Positions 1 to 8,568 of a stretch of 25,962 nt of DNA are shown piece after piece. The notes below the pieces were generated by a model. The model was not told where the DNA came from. It saw only the letters and a program-made list of their open reading frames with translations, and did not search any database. This DNA is from a virus. Lineage: Duplodnaviria > Caudoviricetes. How positions within the stretch are numbered: the stretch's first letter is position 1; every line of letters starts with the position of its first letter. Made by a program: the position numbers and the translations under genes. The stretch lies in IMG/VR virus record IMGVR_UViG_3300046782_000832, positions 1 through 25,962 of that record; one strand, written 5' to 3'.

Positions 1-639
1 GACGGCACCAATAACGCCGCCGTGAAGGCCGCGAGCACTGCCCCCCTGGCCACTGATCCTGCCCTGGTGGTGGCCATCTCGCCCAACAGCGTCAACGCCA
101 ACGGCCAGAACACCATGGCCAACTCGGCGCCGGTGGTGATTGCGAGCAACCAATCTTCCATCCCGATCGCCGGTGACGTGGCTTCCGGCTCGACCGACAG
201 CGGCAACCCGCTCAAGATGGGCGGCATCGCCAAGACGGCCAATCCCACCGCGGTAACCGACGGGCAACGTGTGGGGGCGCTCTTCGACAAGTCCGGCAAG
301 CAGGTCACCGTCGGCGCCATCCGCAGCCTCAAGGCCGTCCAGGCGACCACGATCACGAGCTCGACCTCGCCGGTCACGATCGTCACTGCGGTGGCCTCGT
401 TGTTCACCGACATCTACGGCTTGGTGCTGACCAACACCTCCGCGACCGGCACCGAGGTCGTAATCGGCGACGGCACCAACAACATGAGCTTCTACGTGCC
501 GCCGACCGACACCCGCGGCATGATGCTCCCAGTCGACAGCGCCATCCCGGCGACCACGGTGAACACGGCCTGGACGGCGACCTGCACCACCAGCGTGGCG
601 AGCCTCAAGGTCACCGCCATGTATGTGAAGAACAACTGA
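1..639 (+). CDS. 5'-truncated virion fibre-like structural protein
   Basis: Frame 1 is open from base 1 (DGTNNAAVKAAST...), so the gene starts left of the window rather than at GTG 22. It is Thr/Ala/Ser/Val-rich with short fibre-type modules and a ~100-aa beta-rich C-terminal domain, and lies in a fibre gene cluster. Confidence 0.6.
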   Translation, partial: DGTNNAAVKAASTAPLATDPALVVAISPNSVNANGQNTMANSAPVVIASNQSSIPIAGDVASGSTDSGNPLKMGGIAKTANPTAVTDGQRVGALFDKSGKQVTVGAIRSLKAVQATTITSSTSPVTIVTAVASLFTDIYGLVLTNTSATGTEVVIGDGTNNMSFYVPPTDTRGMMLPVDSAIPATTVNTAWTATCTTSVASLKVTAMYVKNN

Positions 640-640
640 T

Positions 641-2572
641 ATGGCGGTCTGGTATATCAACTACGGCGATGGCGCGACCACCGGCTACTATGCCGTTCCC
701 AAATGGACGACCGGCACCAAGACGGCCGGGACCATCATCCGCCAGTTCACCGCGCCTGCCGTCGGCAACGAGCGTTGCTTCGTCTGCACCATCGGCGGGG
801 CCGCGTCCGGCACCGAGCCGACCTGGGTTGTCGCCAAAGGCGCGGCGACGACCGACGGCGCTGCCACCTGGATGGAGTGCACGGGGCAGCCGGGCGTCAA
901 CGGGGATCTCACCAATTGCCCGGCCTGGCTGGCGGTGAAGAACACCGCCGTGGCGCTTGGCTACATCATCAAGGACGGCAGCTCCTTACGACTGTTCATC
1001 TGCACCACGGCCGGCACTGCCGGGAATGCTGCCGAGCCGACCTGGAACACGACTCTGGGCGCCACCACGGCGGACAACACCGTGACCTGGACCAATCTCG
1101 GCGTGGTGGCCGGCTTCTCGACGGCTTATGGCGCGCCGATCGCAAGAGCCAACAATGCGAGTGCGGCCGGCTGGGGCGCTGCCGGTGACACGATGTACAT
1201 CGCCGACAATCACGCCGAGACGCAAGGCACGGCGGCCGGTATCGGTTCGCCGGGCACGGCCGTCGCCCCTTGCTATTGGCTGTGCGTGGACCATACCAAG
1301 GCGCCGCCGGGGAGCGCTGACCTGAAGACCACGGCGACGATCTCGACGACCGGTACCAGCTCGATTGCGATCAATGGTTTTATCTATATGTATGGGCTTA
1401 CGTTCTCCTCAGGTTCAGCGGCGTCCAATGCTCCGATCGTCTTCAACCCTACGACGCTGGGTGAAGAAGCTTTTCTGGATACTTGCAACCTGATCCTCAA
1501 TACCACCAGCGCTTCTTCCACTATTACTCTGGGTAATACCAATCGTATTTCTTATGATGTTAAATGGCGTAACACGACGGTGAAGTTCGGCTCGGTGTCG
1601 CAGTCGATAATGCTGACGCAATGCTCTCTCGATTGGCGGAACACGCCTGCCGCCGTTCAGGGAGCTACGCTTCCAGGCGCCTTGTTCGCTCAGACCTCAG
1701 GCGCCGGGCAGGCTTCGTTCGTCTATCTGGAAGGGGTTGACCTGTCGGCACTTTCGACCGGAAAGACGCTCTTCTCTGCTTCGACCAGTGCGCAGTCGTC
1801 CATCATGAAGGACTGCAAGATCGATGCTGCGGTCATTATCGCCACGGTCAACGCTGCGACGGCGCAGCGTGTCCTGGGTGTTCGCTGTGATAGTTCAGGG
1901 ACCAATAACAACAGCTTCGACTACCAGTATCGCGGTCAGATGGTCACCGAGCGCACGGTCGTGCGTACCTTGGGCGATGGCACGGTTTCGTGGAACATCT
2001 CGACCAACAGTTGTTCCTTTGCCTTCCCCTACAAAGGCATCCCGATCGCCATCAACAACCTGACGATCGGTACTGTCACGGCGACGGTCGAGGGCATGTA
2101 CAACGCCGCTGCGCTGCCTTTCAGCGACGAGGTCTGGTTCAGTGCCGAGTGCCTGGGCTCTGGTTCTAGCCCTCAAGGCTCGTTCGTGTCCGGCGGCAAG
2201 GCCAATGTGCTGGCCACCGGCACCGTCCTGACGGCGTCCACGGCGGCTTGGGACGGGCTCGCCGCGGCACGGATCAGCAGTCATGCCTATAACCTCGGCG
2301 ACGTCTACAAAGCCGCCAGCAACCCAGGGCGGCTGTTTTTCTGCATCACCGCCGGCTCGAGCGCCGGCTCCGAGCCGGGTGGCATCGCCTCGGCGGTCGA
2401 TGGCGGCTCCGTGACCGACGGCGGCGCGGTCTTCCGGGCGGGCGTGCGCTTCAAGCAGCCCGTTACGATGTCGCCGGCGCAGGCCGGCGACATCTATGTC
2501 ACGCCGAATGTCGGCAAGACGTCGCTGGCCGCCGGCACGCTCTACATCGATCCCTTCATCGTGTTGAGCTGA
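641..2572 (+). CDS. Tail spike/fibre-like protein with three CBM5/12-like repeats and a probable beta-helix/beta-rich core
   Basis: 643 aa, starts 1 nt after the upstream TGA. Three copies of R-x-F-x-C-x-x-[AG]-G-x(4-5)-E-P...D-[GN]-x(3)-[WF]; 'AAGDTMYI' resembles a beta-helix cap. Confidence 0.65.
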   Translation: MAVWYINYGDGATTGYYAVPKWTTGTKTAGTIIRQFTAPAVGNERCFVCTIGGAASGTEPTWVVAKGAATTDGAATWMECTGQPGVNGDLTNCPAWLAVKNTAVALGYIIKDGSSLRLFICTTAGTAGNAAEPTWNTTLGATTADNTVTWTNLGVVAGFSTAYGAPIARANNASAAGWGAAGDTMYIADNHAETQGTAAGIGSPGTAVAPCYWLCVDHTKAPPGSADLKTTATISTTGTSSIAINGFIYMYGLTFSSGSAASNAPIVFNPTTLGEEAFLDTCNLILNTTSASSTITLGNTNRISYDVKWRNTTVKFGSVSQSIMLTQCSLDWRNTPAAVQGATLPGALFAQTSGAGQASFVYLEGVDLSALSTGKTLFSASTSAQSSIMKDCKIDAAVIIATVNAATAQRVLGVRCDSSGTNNNSFDYQYRGQMVTERTVVRTLGDGTVSWNISTNSCSFAFPYKGIPIAINNLTIGTVTATVEGMYNAAALPFSDEVWFSAECLGSGSSPQGSFVSGGKANVLATGTVLTASTAAWDGLAAARISSHAYNLGDVYKAASNPGRLFFCITAGSSAGSEPGGIASAVDGGSVTDGGAVFRAGVRFKQPVTMSPAQAGDIYVTPNVGKTSLAAGTLYIDPFIVLS

Positions 2573-2573
2573 C

Positions 2574-2747
2574 ATGGCCGCCACCAAGCAAAGCACGGTT
2601 GCCGGCACGACACCGATCTCCGGTGCGACCTACGTCATCCAGACGACCGACGGGCCGGCGAAGATGAAGCCGGGCGCCGCGGTGCAAGAAAACGCTTCCG
2701 CCGGGCCCGACACGACAGGCGGCACCTTGCCGATGATGGGTGTCTGA
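2574..2747 (+). CDS. Small 57-aa protein (MAATKQSTVAGTTPISGATYVIQTTDGPAKMKPGAAVQENASAGPDTTGGTLPMMGV), probably virion-associated; not in ORF track
   Basis: Exactly fills the gap between two genes: TGAcATG at its start and a TGATG overlap at its end. High GC3 codon use like its neighbours. Confidence 0.75.
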   Translation: MAATKQSTVAGTTPISGATYVIQTTDGPAKMKPGAAVQENASAGPDTTGGTLPMMGV

Positions 2748-5173
2748 TGTCGAGCGGGTTTCTCGCCTATGGCTGTCCTTCGTCCGCTGGGATTTTCATA
2801 GCGCCCGGCATAGGCTGGAGTGGTGTCGCAGGGACAGGCAACACCCAGCCGCCGGCGCTCGACACCAGCGTGCAGGGCAGTGGCTGGGCTTATAGCGCTG
2901 TGGGTGCCTACGACGAATGCAATGGCATTTGGATCGAGAACACTACGACGCAGGTCTGCGTGGGGGCCGCAACTCAAGATCGCGCCGGCATCAAGCAGGT
3001 CAATGTCTACTGCGAATCGTCGACGCCTACCGTGCTGACGACGCAGACTATCAGTAACCGCGGCTCGCAGGGGTATGTGTTCACGCCGATCTCGCGATCG
3101 GGGCAGAACGGCGAAGCTACTTACACGATTGACATCATCCCCTACAACGGGTTGATCCAGCGCCTCACGGCTACCTGGGTGCTCAATACCGACGTTGGTA
3201 CGCTGATTTCGCGGGCGGCCCGTTACGTGGATTACTCCACCGGCAACGATAACACCGGGGATGGGCTCAGCGCTGGCACTGCGTGGAAGACGTTCAACAA
3301 GGCGACGCAGAACGTTCCTTCTGGGGGCATTATCTATTACGCGGGTAACCTCTCGCATGGGGGCGGCGCGGTCTACCTTGAAGAAACGACGACCGGCAAC
3401 GCGCAAACCGTTGCACGGCCGGTCGACATCCGTCCCCTTATTGCCGGCGACACTGCAACGGTTAGTCGAACGGCCAGCAAGCAGACCTTCAATGGTGCTT
3501 CCAACGGCGGCTCGGCAGTCAACAATTGGCGGATCATGTGCAGCAAGCTGGGCATGGAGGGCCTGACGATCGACCTCGCCAAGCTCACCGGATTAGGAGG
3601 CGGCTCGACTGCGATTACGTATCTGGTCCACAAGCGTTGTGCGTTCGTCGATCCCAATGGAGTTCTCGGCCCTCTTTATTCTTGGAACCCGAATGAGTCT
3701 ATCGAAGGCTATGCTGGGTCTTGCGTTGATTGTACGTTCAGCGCTCCTATGGCGCTCAGTGCAAGCTTTATTCGCAACTGCTCTGGATATTTCTCCTGGG
3801 ACTCGATGTTCATGTTTTCGCCAGGGGGATACACCGTATTCAACTATAGTGCGTATGCGCCCGTTGGGTATCAACAACGTGGTAGCGATGCTACGATCCT
3901 GACGGTATCCACCATTACCTACAACGGTAACAACACATCGACGATCGTCTGGGTAGGATCACCATTGCTGGCTAACCTGACACAGGCTGGGATCAACCTT
4001 ATCACGAACACGACCTATCCGGCTCGCACGATAACGAACGTCGCCAATAACGGTTCTGGTTTAATCCGTTTGACTATGGCATCGACCACAGGGCTGGCAA
4101 CGGGAAACGTCGTTATTGTTCGCAGCGTGGTTGGGAATGAGACTGTTCTAGGAGGCAATGAGGCCAACGACACTTGGATCATTACCGTAGTAGATGGCAC
4201 CCACGTCGATCTGCAGGGGTCGACGTTCTTGCACACTTACGTGTCTGGGGGCGTCATGATGAACCAATTTGGTGTTACGTCAACGAGCGTGGCGGGCTTC
4301 AGCACTACATTTGGGGATGCCGGTGGTACCGTCGCTGCGCTTATTTCCCCTGGGAATACTGCTTGGATCTCAACTCCAGGCCACTCGGATGTGGCACAGT
4401 TCGCGTTGGGTGACTACGCGAACAACTATTTCCAGCGTTACAAATGCACGGGTAAGAGCGTCCAGCTTGTGCTGTTGCAGGCGACCCACTCGACGCTGAG
4501 TGGCACGATATCCACGACCGGCACATCGGTGACCTTCTCGTCAGCGCAGTCTTTCTCCCAGGACCAATTTATTGTGCTCTCGTCTGGCCCACAGGCCGGT
4601 CAGGCTCGCCGGGTGGTGGCCGCTACTGTCTCCTCGACCTCGGCCACGCTGGTCAGCGCCTTCACGGTCGACCAGTCCGGTGTCTCGGGCTTTCAGACCA
4701 AGACCGTCAAGAACACCGCGTTCGTCAACTGCATATTTGATCACTTCGGCGTCGGCCCCGAGATCGGTCAGGTGCAGGACGGAACGTTAAACGTCTTCTA
4801 CCTGCAGAGTACTCTCCACGGTGCCTCGGTAGCTTTCCGCACTGACTTCGCATACACCGCTGTCGAGGCATTTGGCGCCATCGATTGCGTGTTCAACAAC
4901 CTGGGCACGTCTGGCGGCGGGGGGTTCCCTGCGTCGGTCAATATCGACGGGGATTATTTCGAGTCCGGAACGCTGCGTGGCACCAATGCGGGTGGCACCG
5001 GCATCATCACATACAACTCTACCGACGGAACGTCGGGACCGAATGCGTCTTATACACCTACTTCTGGTCTGACACAGACGGTCAGAGGCCTGAACGGCAC
5101 CGGAGTGCCGCTGGTGCCGTTCAACTATTATAATGCCGTGAAGGGCGTCGGAGCCCTCGTGGGAGCTGTTTGA
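2747..5173 (+). CDS. Tailspike-like protein, probable right-handed beta-helix with inserted beta-sandwich domains
   Basis: 808 aa. YVDYSTGNDNTGDGLSAGTAWKTFNKA...GGIIY is a classic pectate-lyase-like beta-helix N-cap. Cys/Phe/Asn ladder-type segments (VDCTF, IRNCS, FVNCIF, IDCVF) and an E1-FCCH-like module at ~4025-4256. Confidence 0.65.
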   Translation: MSSGFLAYGCPSSAGIFIAPGIGWSGVAGTGNTQPPALDTSVQGSGWAYSAVGAYDECNGIWIENTTTQVCVGAATQDRAGIKQVNVYCESSTPTVLTTQTISNRGSQGYVFTPISRSGQNGEATYTIDIIPYNGLIQRLTATWVLNTDVGTLISRAARYVDYSTGNDNTGDGLSAGTAWKTFNKATQNVPSGGIIYYAGNLSHGGGAVYLEETTTGNAQTVARPVDIRPLIAGDTATVSRTASKQTFNGASNGGSAVNNWRIMCSKLGMEGLTIDLAKLTGLGGGSTAITYLVHKRCAFVDPNGVLGPLYSWNPNESIEGYAGSCVDCTFSAPMALSASFIRNCSGYFSWDSMFMFSPGGYTVFNYSAYAPVGYQQRGSDATILTVSTITYNGNNTSTIVWVGSPLLANLTQAGINLITNTTYPARTITNVANNGSGLIRLTMASTTGLATGNVVIVRSVVGNETVLGGNEANDTWIITVVDGTHVDLQGSTFLHTYVSGGVMMNQFGVTSTSVAGFSTTFGDAGGTVAALISPGNTAWISTPGHSDVAQFALGDYANNYFQRYKCTGKSVQLVLLQATHSTLSGTISTTGTSVTFSSAQSFSQDQFIVLSSGPQAGQARRVVAATVSSTSATLVSAFTVDQSGVSGFQTKTVKNTAFVNCIFDHFGVGPEIGQVQDGTLNVFYLQSTLHGASVAFRTDFAYTAVEAFGAIDCVFNNLGTSGGGGFPASVNIDGDYFESGTLRGTNAGGTGIITYNSTDGTSGPNASYTPTSGLTQTVRGLNGTGVPLVPFNYYNAVKGVGALVGAV

Positions 5174-6693
5174 TGACCGCCCCAACCCCTTACAACCGGC
5201 TCACCAACTTCCAGAGCTACCAGGCCGTCAATCCGACTTCACCGCTCAACGGGGCGTCTGTCGACGGTGAGTACAATCGCCTGAAGATCACGACTGACAG
5301 TCTCATCGCGTCGCTGGGGCTGATCCAGCGCTCGGACGGCGAGCTCGCCAACGGCAGCGTCGGCTCTGATCAACTCAGCTCCGAGCTGTCGCTGACCTTC
5401 CTGCCGCCGGTGCCGTGGACGACTGCGACGGCCTACCCGGTCAACCAGGGCGTATTCGTAACGAACCAGTTCTACGTCTCGAGGGTGGCGCATACGAGCA
5501 ACGTCTTCGCGACGGACCTGGCGCTTGGCTATTGGTATCTGGCGGCTGATTTCACCCCGCCGGGCATCATCGGCACTCTCACCGTCGCCAACAATCTAAG
5601 CGACGTTGCCTCGGTGCCCATTTCACGGGCGAATTTGGGCATTGACGCCATCACCTTTCACGGTGATTCTAACGCCACGATCGCTGCGACCGATCGCTTC
5701 TTGTCGACCAATGCCGCCTTGACGGCGTCGCGCACCTGGACCTTGCCGCTGGCCAATGCCGTTACTGCCGGGCAGACGATTCTGGTCGGCGACACGTTCG
5801 GCGGTGTTACTTCCGTCAACACACTGATCGTGCAGCGGAACGGTGCCGACACGATCAACGGGCAGACGGGTTTTGCTTTTACGCGTGCGTTTCAAGGCGC
5901 CGGTTTTATTTCGGATGGCGTGTCAAAATGGTTTACTAATCAGCAGCCTGCAGCGGCAACGGTGCCGAGAGGATTGCTGGCTGGATGCCAGATTTTTCCT
6001 GCAGGCGGCGCTCTTACCTACAGTGTCGTTGCGGGCACTGCAGTATCCGATGACAATTCGACTTCGATGGTGCTGCCGGCTACTATGCAGAAGACGATCT
6101 CTAGTGTCTGGACCGTCGGCACTGGCGGGGGTGGTCTTGATACGGGGCTTACAACGTCTAGCACATGGTACCATGTCTTCGTCATCAGGCGACCGGACAC
6201 TGGTGGCGTAGATGTGGTGCATTCGCTGTCGGCGACGACTCCAACCCTGCCGGCCAACTACACTCAGAAGCGGCGTGTAGGATCGATATTGGTCAATGCG
6301 GGAGGGACGGTCGCCGGTTATGTGCAGAACGGCGATGAATTTTTGTGGGTGAATGCAACACTAGATTACAATACAGGGTTGGGCGCAGCGTCACGAACAT
6401 TAATTCCCCTGTCGGTGCCTACGGGAGTAAAAGTCAATGCTCTTTTTTATGCGGGAGCGTCGAATAGCGGGACTGCTTGCTTCGCGTTCATCACGTCTCC
6501 CGATCAAAACGATGGGAATGCTAATCAAAATATATCCATATCCGTAAATGTAGTTGGTGCATATTCCTTCAGTCAGTTTTCCATCCGTACTGATACGTCG
6601 GGACGAATCGGAGCTAGGTCTTCTGTCGCATCGAATACGACGCTCATTGTCGGCACTCAAGGGTGGATTGACACCCGCGGGCGGTTCGCGTGA
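5173..6693 (+). CDS. Tail fibre protein with putative N-terminal virion anchor
   Basis: ATG at 5173 (TGATG overlap, GGAG upstream) preferred over TTG 5170. Helical N-terminus ending IQRSDGELAN, one CBM5/12-like motif (PWTTATAY...FYVSRVAHTS...W), the fibre motif NNLSDV...RANLG, a TLP...DTING motif, and a lower-GC C-terminal domain. Confidence 0.75.
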   Translation: MTAPTPYNRLTNFQSYQAVNPTSPLNGASVDGEYNRLKITTDSLIASLGLIQRSDGELANGSVGSDQLSSELSLTFLPPVPWTTATAYPVNQGVFVTNQFYVSRVAHTSNVFATDLALGYWYLAADFTPPGIIGTLTVANNLSDVASVPISRANLGIDAITFHGDSNATIAATDRFLSTNAALTASRTWTLPLANAVTAGQTILVGDTFGGVTSVNTLIVQRNGADTINGQTGFAFTRAFQGAGFISDGVSKWFTNQQPAAATVPRGLLAGCQIFPAGGALTYSVVAGTAVSDDNSTSMVLPATMQKTISSVWTVGTGGGGLDTGLTTSSTWYHVFVIRRPDTGGVDVVHSLSATTPTLPANYTQKRRVGSILVNAGGTVAGYVQNGDEFLWVNATLDYNTGLGAASRTLIPLSVPTGVKVNALFYAGASNSGTACFAFITSPDQNDGNANQNISISVNVVGAYSFSQFSIRTDTSGRIGARSSVASNTTLIVGTQGWIDTRGRFA

Positions 6694-8318
6694 TCGATCC
6701 GCGCATCGAGCAGTTAAAGGCGGCGAAACGCCTGATCGCTATTCGCGAGGCGAAGGACAATTTGCTGCCTTTCATCAAATTGACCATGCCGGACCCGGAT
6801 GACCCGGATGACGTGACCCGCAGCCGCTACGAAGAGACGCCTGTCGCCCGTCTCCTTTGCGACGTGATGGGCAAGGTCTTCCGGGGCGAGGAGAAGCGGG
6901 TGGCCGTGTCGATCGGTCCGCAGCTGGGCAAGACCGAGATCATCTGCAGGCGCTTTCTCGCGTGGCTCGCTGGCAAGCGGCCAACTGCCAACGCCATCCT
7001 GGGCACCTTCAACCAGCCGAAAGCGGATGAAGAAGGCGACCTTGTCCGAGATATCATCCAGTCTGACGCCTACCGGCAGGTTTTCGAGGACCACGCGCTC
7101 CGAAAAGAGGCGACCAACTCCCTCATCACCAAGGAAGGCGGCCGTTTCTCCTTCGTCGGCCGCGGCGGCTCCGGCACGGGGCGCCCGGCGGACTTCTTCA
7201 TCGTCGACGACCCGATCAAGGACGACATCGAGGCCCAATCGGACCTGACCCGTGAGGAAGTCTGGCGCTGGTTCAACCGGGTGGTGTTCACCCGCTGCCA
7301 TTCAGGCTCCGGCGTCTGCATCGTGCATACGCGCTGGCACGGGGACGACCTCATAGGCCGCCTTTGCGACCCGGAGCACCCCGATCGCAACAAAAAGTAT
7401 AAGGGAATTGCCGAGCGCTGGAAATACGTCAACGTGCCGGCGGTTGTTGAGGACCCAGGCCTTGCGAAAGCGCTCGGATTGAGCCTGACGGTGCAATCCG
7501 ACCCCCTGGTGGTATCGATGTTTGGCACCAAACCGATGTCGGCGCTGTGGCCGGGTCGGAAAGACCTCGATATCCTCGCCGAAGCCAAGCAGATGGACTC
7601 GAGCGGCTTCACCTCACTCTATATGGGCGCCCCGACCGCCGAGGACGGCGAATATTTCAAGGCGGCGGGCTTCGTCGAGTACGATGCGGCCGAATTGCCG
7701 GACGAGACGGAGATGACGCTCTACGGGGCGTCGGATCACGCCGTTTCTACCAAGAAAAGCGCCGATCCGACCTGTTTGGGCTGTGTCGGCGTCGACAAGG
7801 ACGATGATATCTGGGTATTGCCCGATCTCGTCTGGGCGCGCATGGCGACCGACCAGACCGTCGAAGAGCTCTTGACCCAGATGCAGGCCCATACACCCGC
7901 GCTATGGTGGATGGAGAGTGATCTTATCGCGAAATCCTTCGGTCCGTTCCTCTACAAGCGCATGCGTGAGGAGGACGTGTTCACCGTCATCGACGACGTG
8001 ACCGTGGCGGCCGACAAGAGCACCAGGGCTCAGTCGATCCGTGGTTACATCGCCCATCGGCGCGTCCACTTCCCGCGCTACGCCTGGTGGTGGCCGGATG
8101 CGAAGAAGGAGCTGCTGCAGTTCCCGAACGGCGCTCACGACGATTTCGTCGACTTCCTGGCGCATGTGGGATTAGGCCTGCAGAAGATATACAAGCCGTC
8201 GGTCAAGAAGGACTTTACCGACAACGTTGTGAAGGTGGGGTCAATTCAGTGGATCTTGGCCAAGACCAAGAAGCGCGCCGAGAAGGATCAGCGTCTGAAG
8301 GCGTTGGCAGGGTGGTGA
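6690..8318 (+). CDS. terL: Terminase large subunit
   Basis: 542 aa. Walker A GPQLGKT, Walker B FFIVDDPIKD, coupling region HTRWHGDDLIGRL, RNase H-like nuclease acidic motifs (ASDHAVS...ADPT; FPNGAHDDFVD). GTGA overlap with the fibre gene. Confidence 0.95.
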   Translation: MIDPRIEQLKAAKRLIAIREAKDNLLPFIKLTMPDPDDPDDVTRSRYEETPVARLLCDVMGKVFRGEEKRVAVSIGPQLGKTEIICRRFLAWLAGKRPTANAILGTFNQPKADEEGDLVRDIIQSDAYRQVFEDHALRKEATNSLITKEGGRFSFVGRGGSGTGRPADFFIVDDPIKDDIEAQSDLTREEVWRWFNRVVFTRCHSGSGVCIVHTRWHGDDLIGRLCDPEHPDRNKKYKGIAERWKYVNVPAVVEDPGLAKALGLSLTVQSDPLVVSMFGTKPMSALWPGRKDLDILAEAKQMDSSGFTSLYMGAPTAEDGEYFKAAGFVEYDAAELPDETEMTLYGASDHAVSTKKSADPTCLGCVGVDKDDDIWVLPDLVWARMATDQTVEELLTQMQAHTPALWWMESDLIAKSFGPFLYKRMREEDVFTVIDDVTVAADKSTRAQSIRGYIAHRRVHFPRYAWWWPDAKKELLQFPNGAHDDFVDFLAHVGLGLQKIYKPSVKKDFTDNVVKVGSIQWILAKTKKRAEKDQRLKALAGW

Positions 8319-8319
8319 C

Positions 8320-8568
8320 ATGTGTACGGTTCAGCAGATAGCGTTACTGATGGCGCAAGGCGCTACGCCGGGAAGGCTTCCGACGCCGGATGCTTACCCG
8401 CCGCAAGGATTGACGCCTGACGATCAAAATCCGACCGGTGGTACGCCGCCTTACACTTCAACGCCGGGAGAGACGAATTTCGGAACGATAACCCCAATCC
8501 GAACCGTCCCAGGATCTGTTGGAGCTACTCCAAGAAATTTGGCAAGCGCATTTGCACCGCGTAAATGA
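8320..8568 (+). CDS. Small Pro/Thr/Gly-rich Met-Cys protein; putative ejected virion protein (positional analogue of T7 gp6.7/7.3)
   Basis: 82 aa; fills the terL-portal gap (TGAcATG start, ATGA overlap end). MC N-terminus, basic C-terminus, directly upstream of the portal. Confidence 0.55.
   Translation: MCTVQQIALLMAQGATPGRLPTPDAYPPQGLTPDDQNPTGGTPPYTSTPGETNFGTITPIRTVPGSVGATPRNLASAFAPRK

Noticed and set aside
5870-6693. Diversity-generating retroelement variable region in the fibre C-terminus
   Set aside because: No near-identical template repeat or reverse transcriptase seen in the window.
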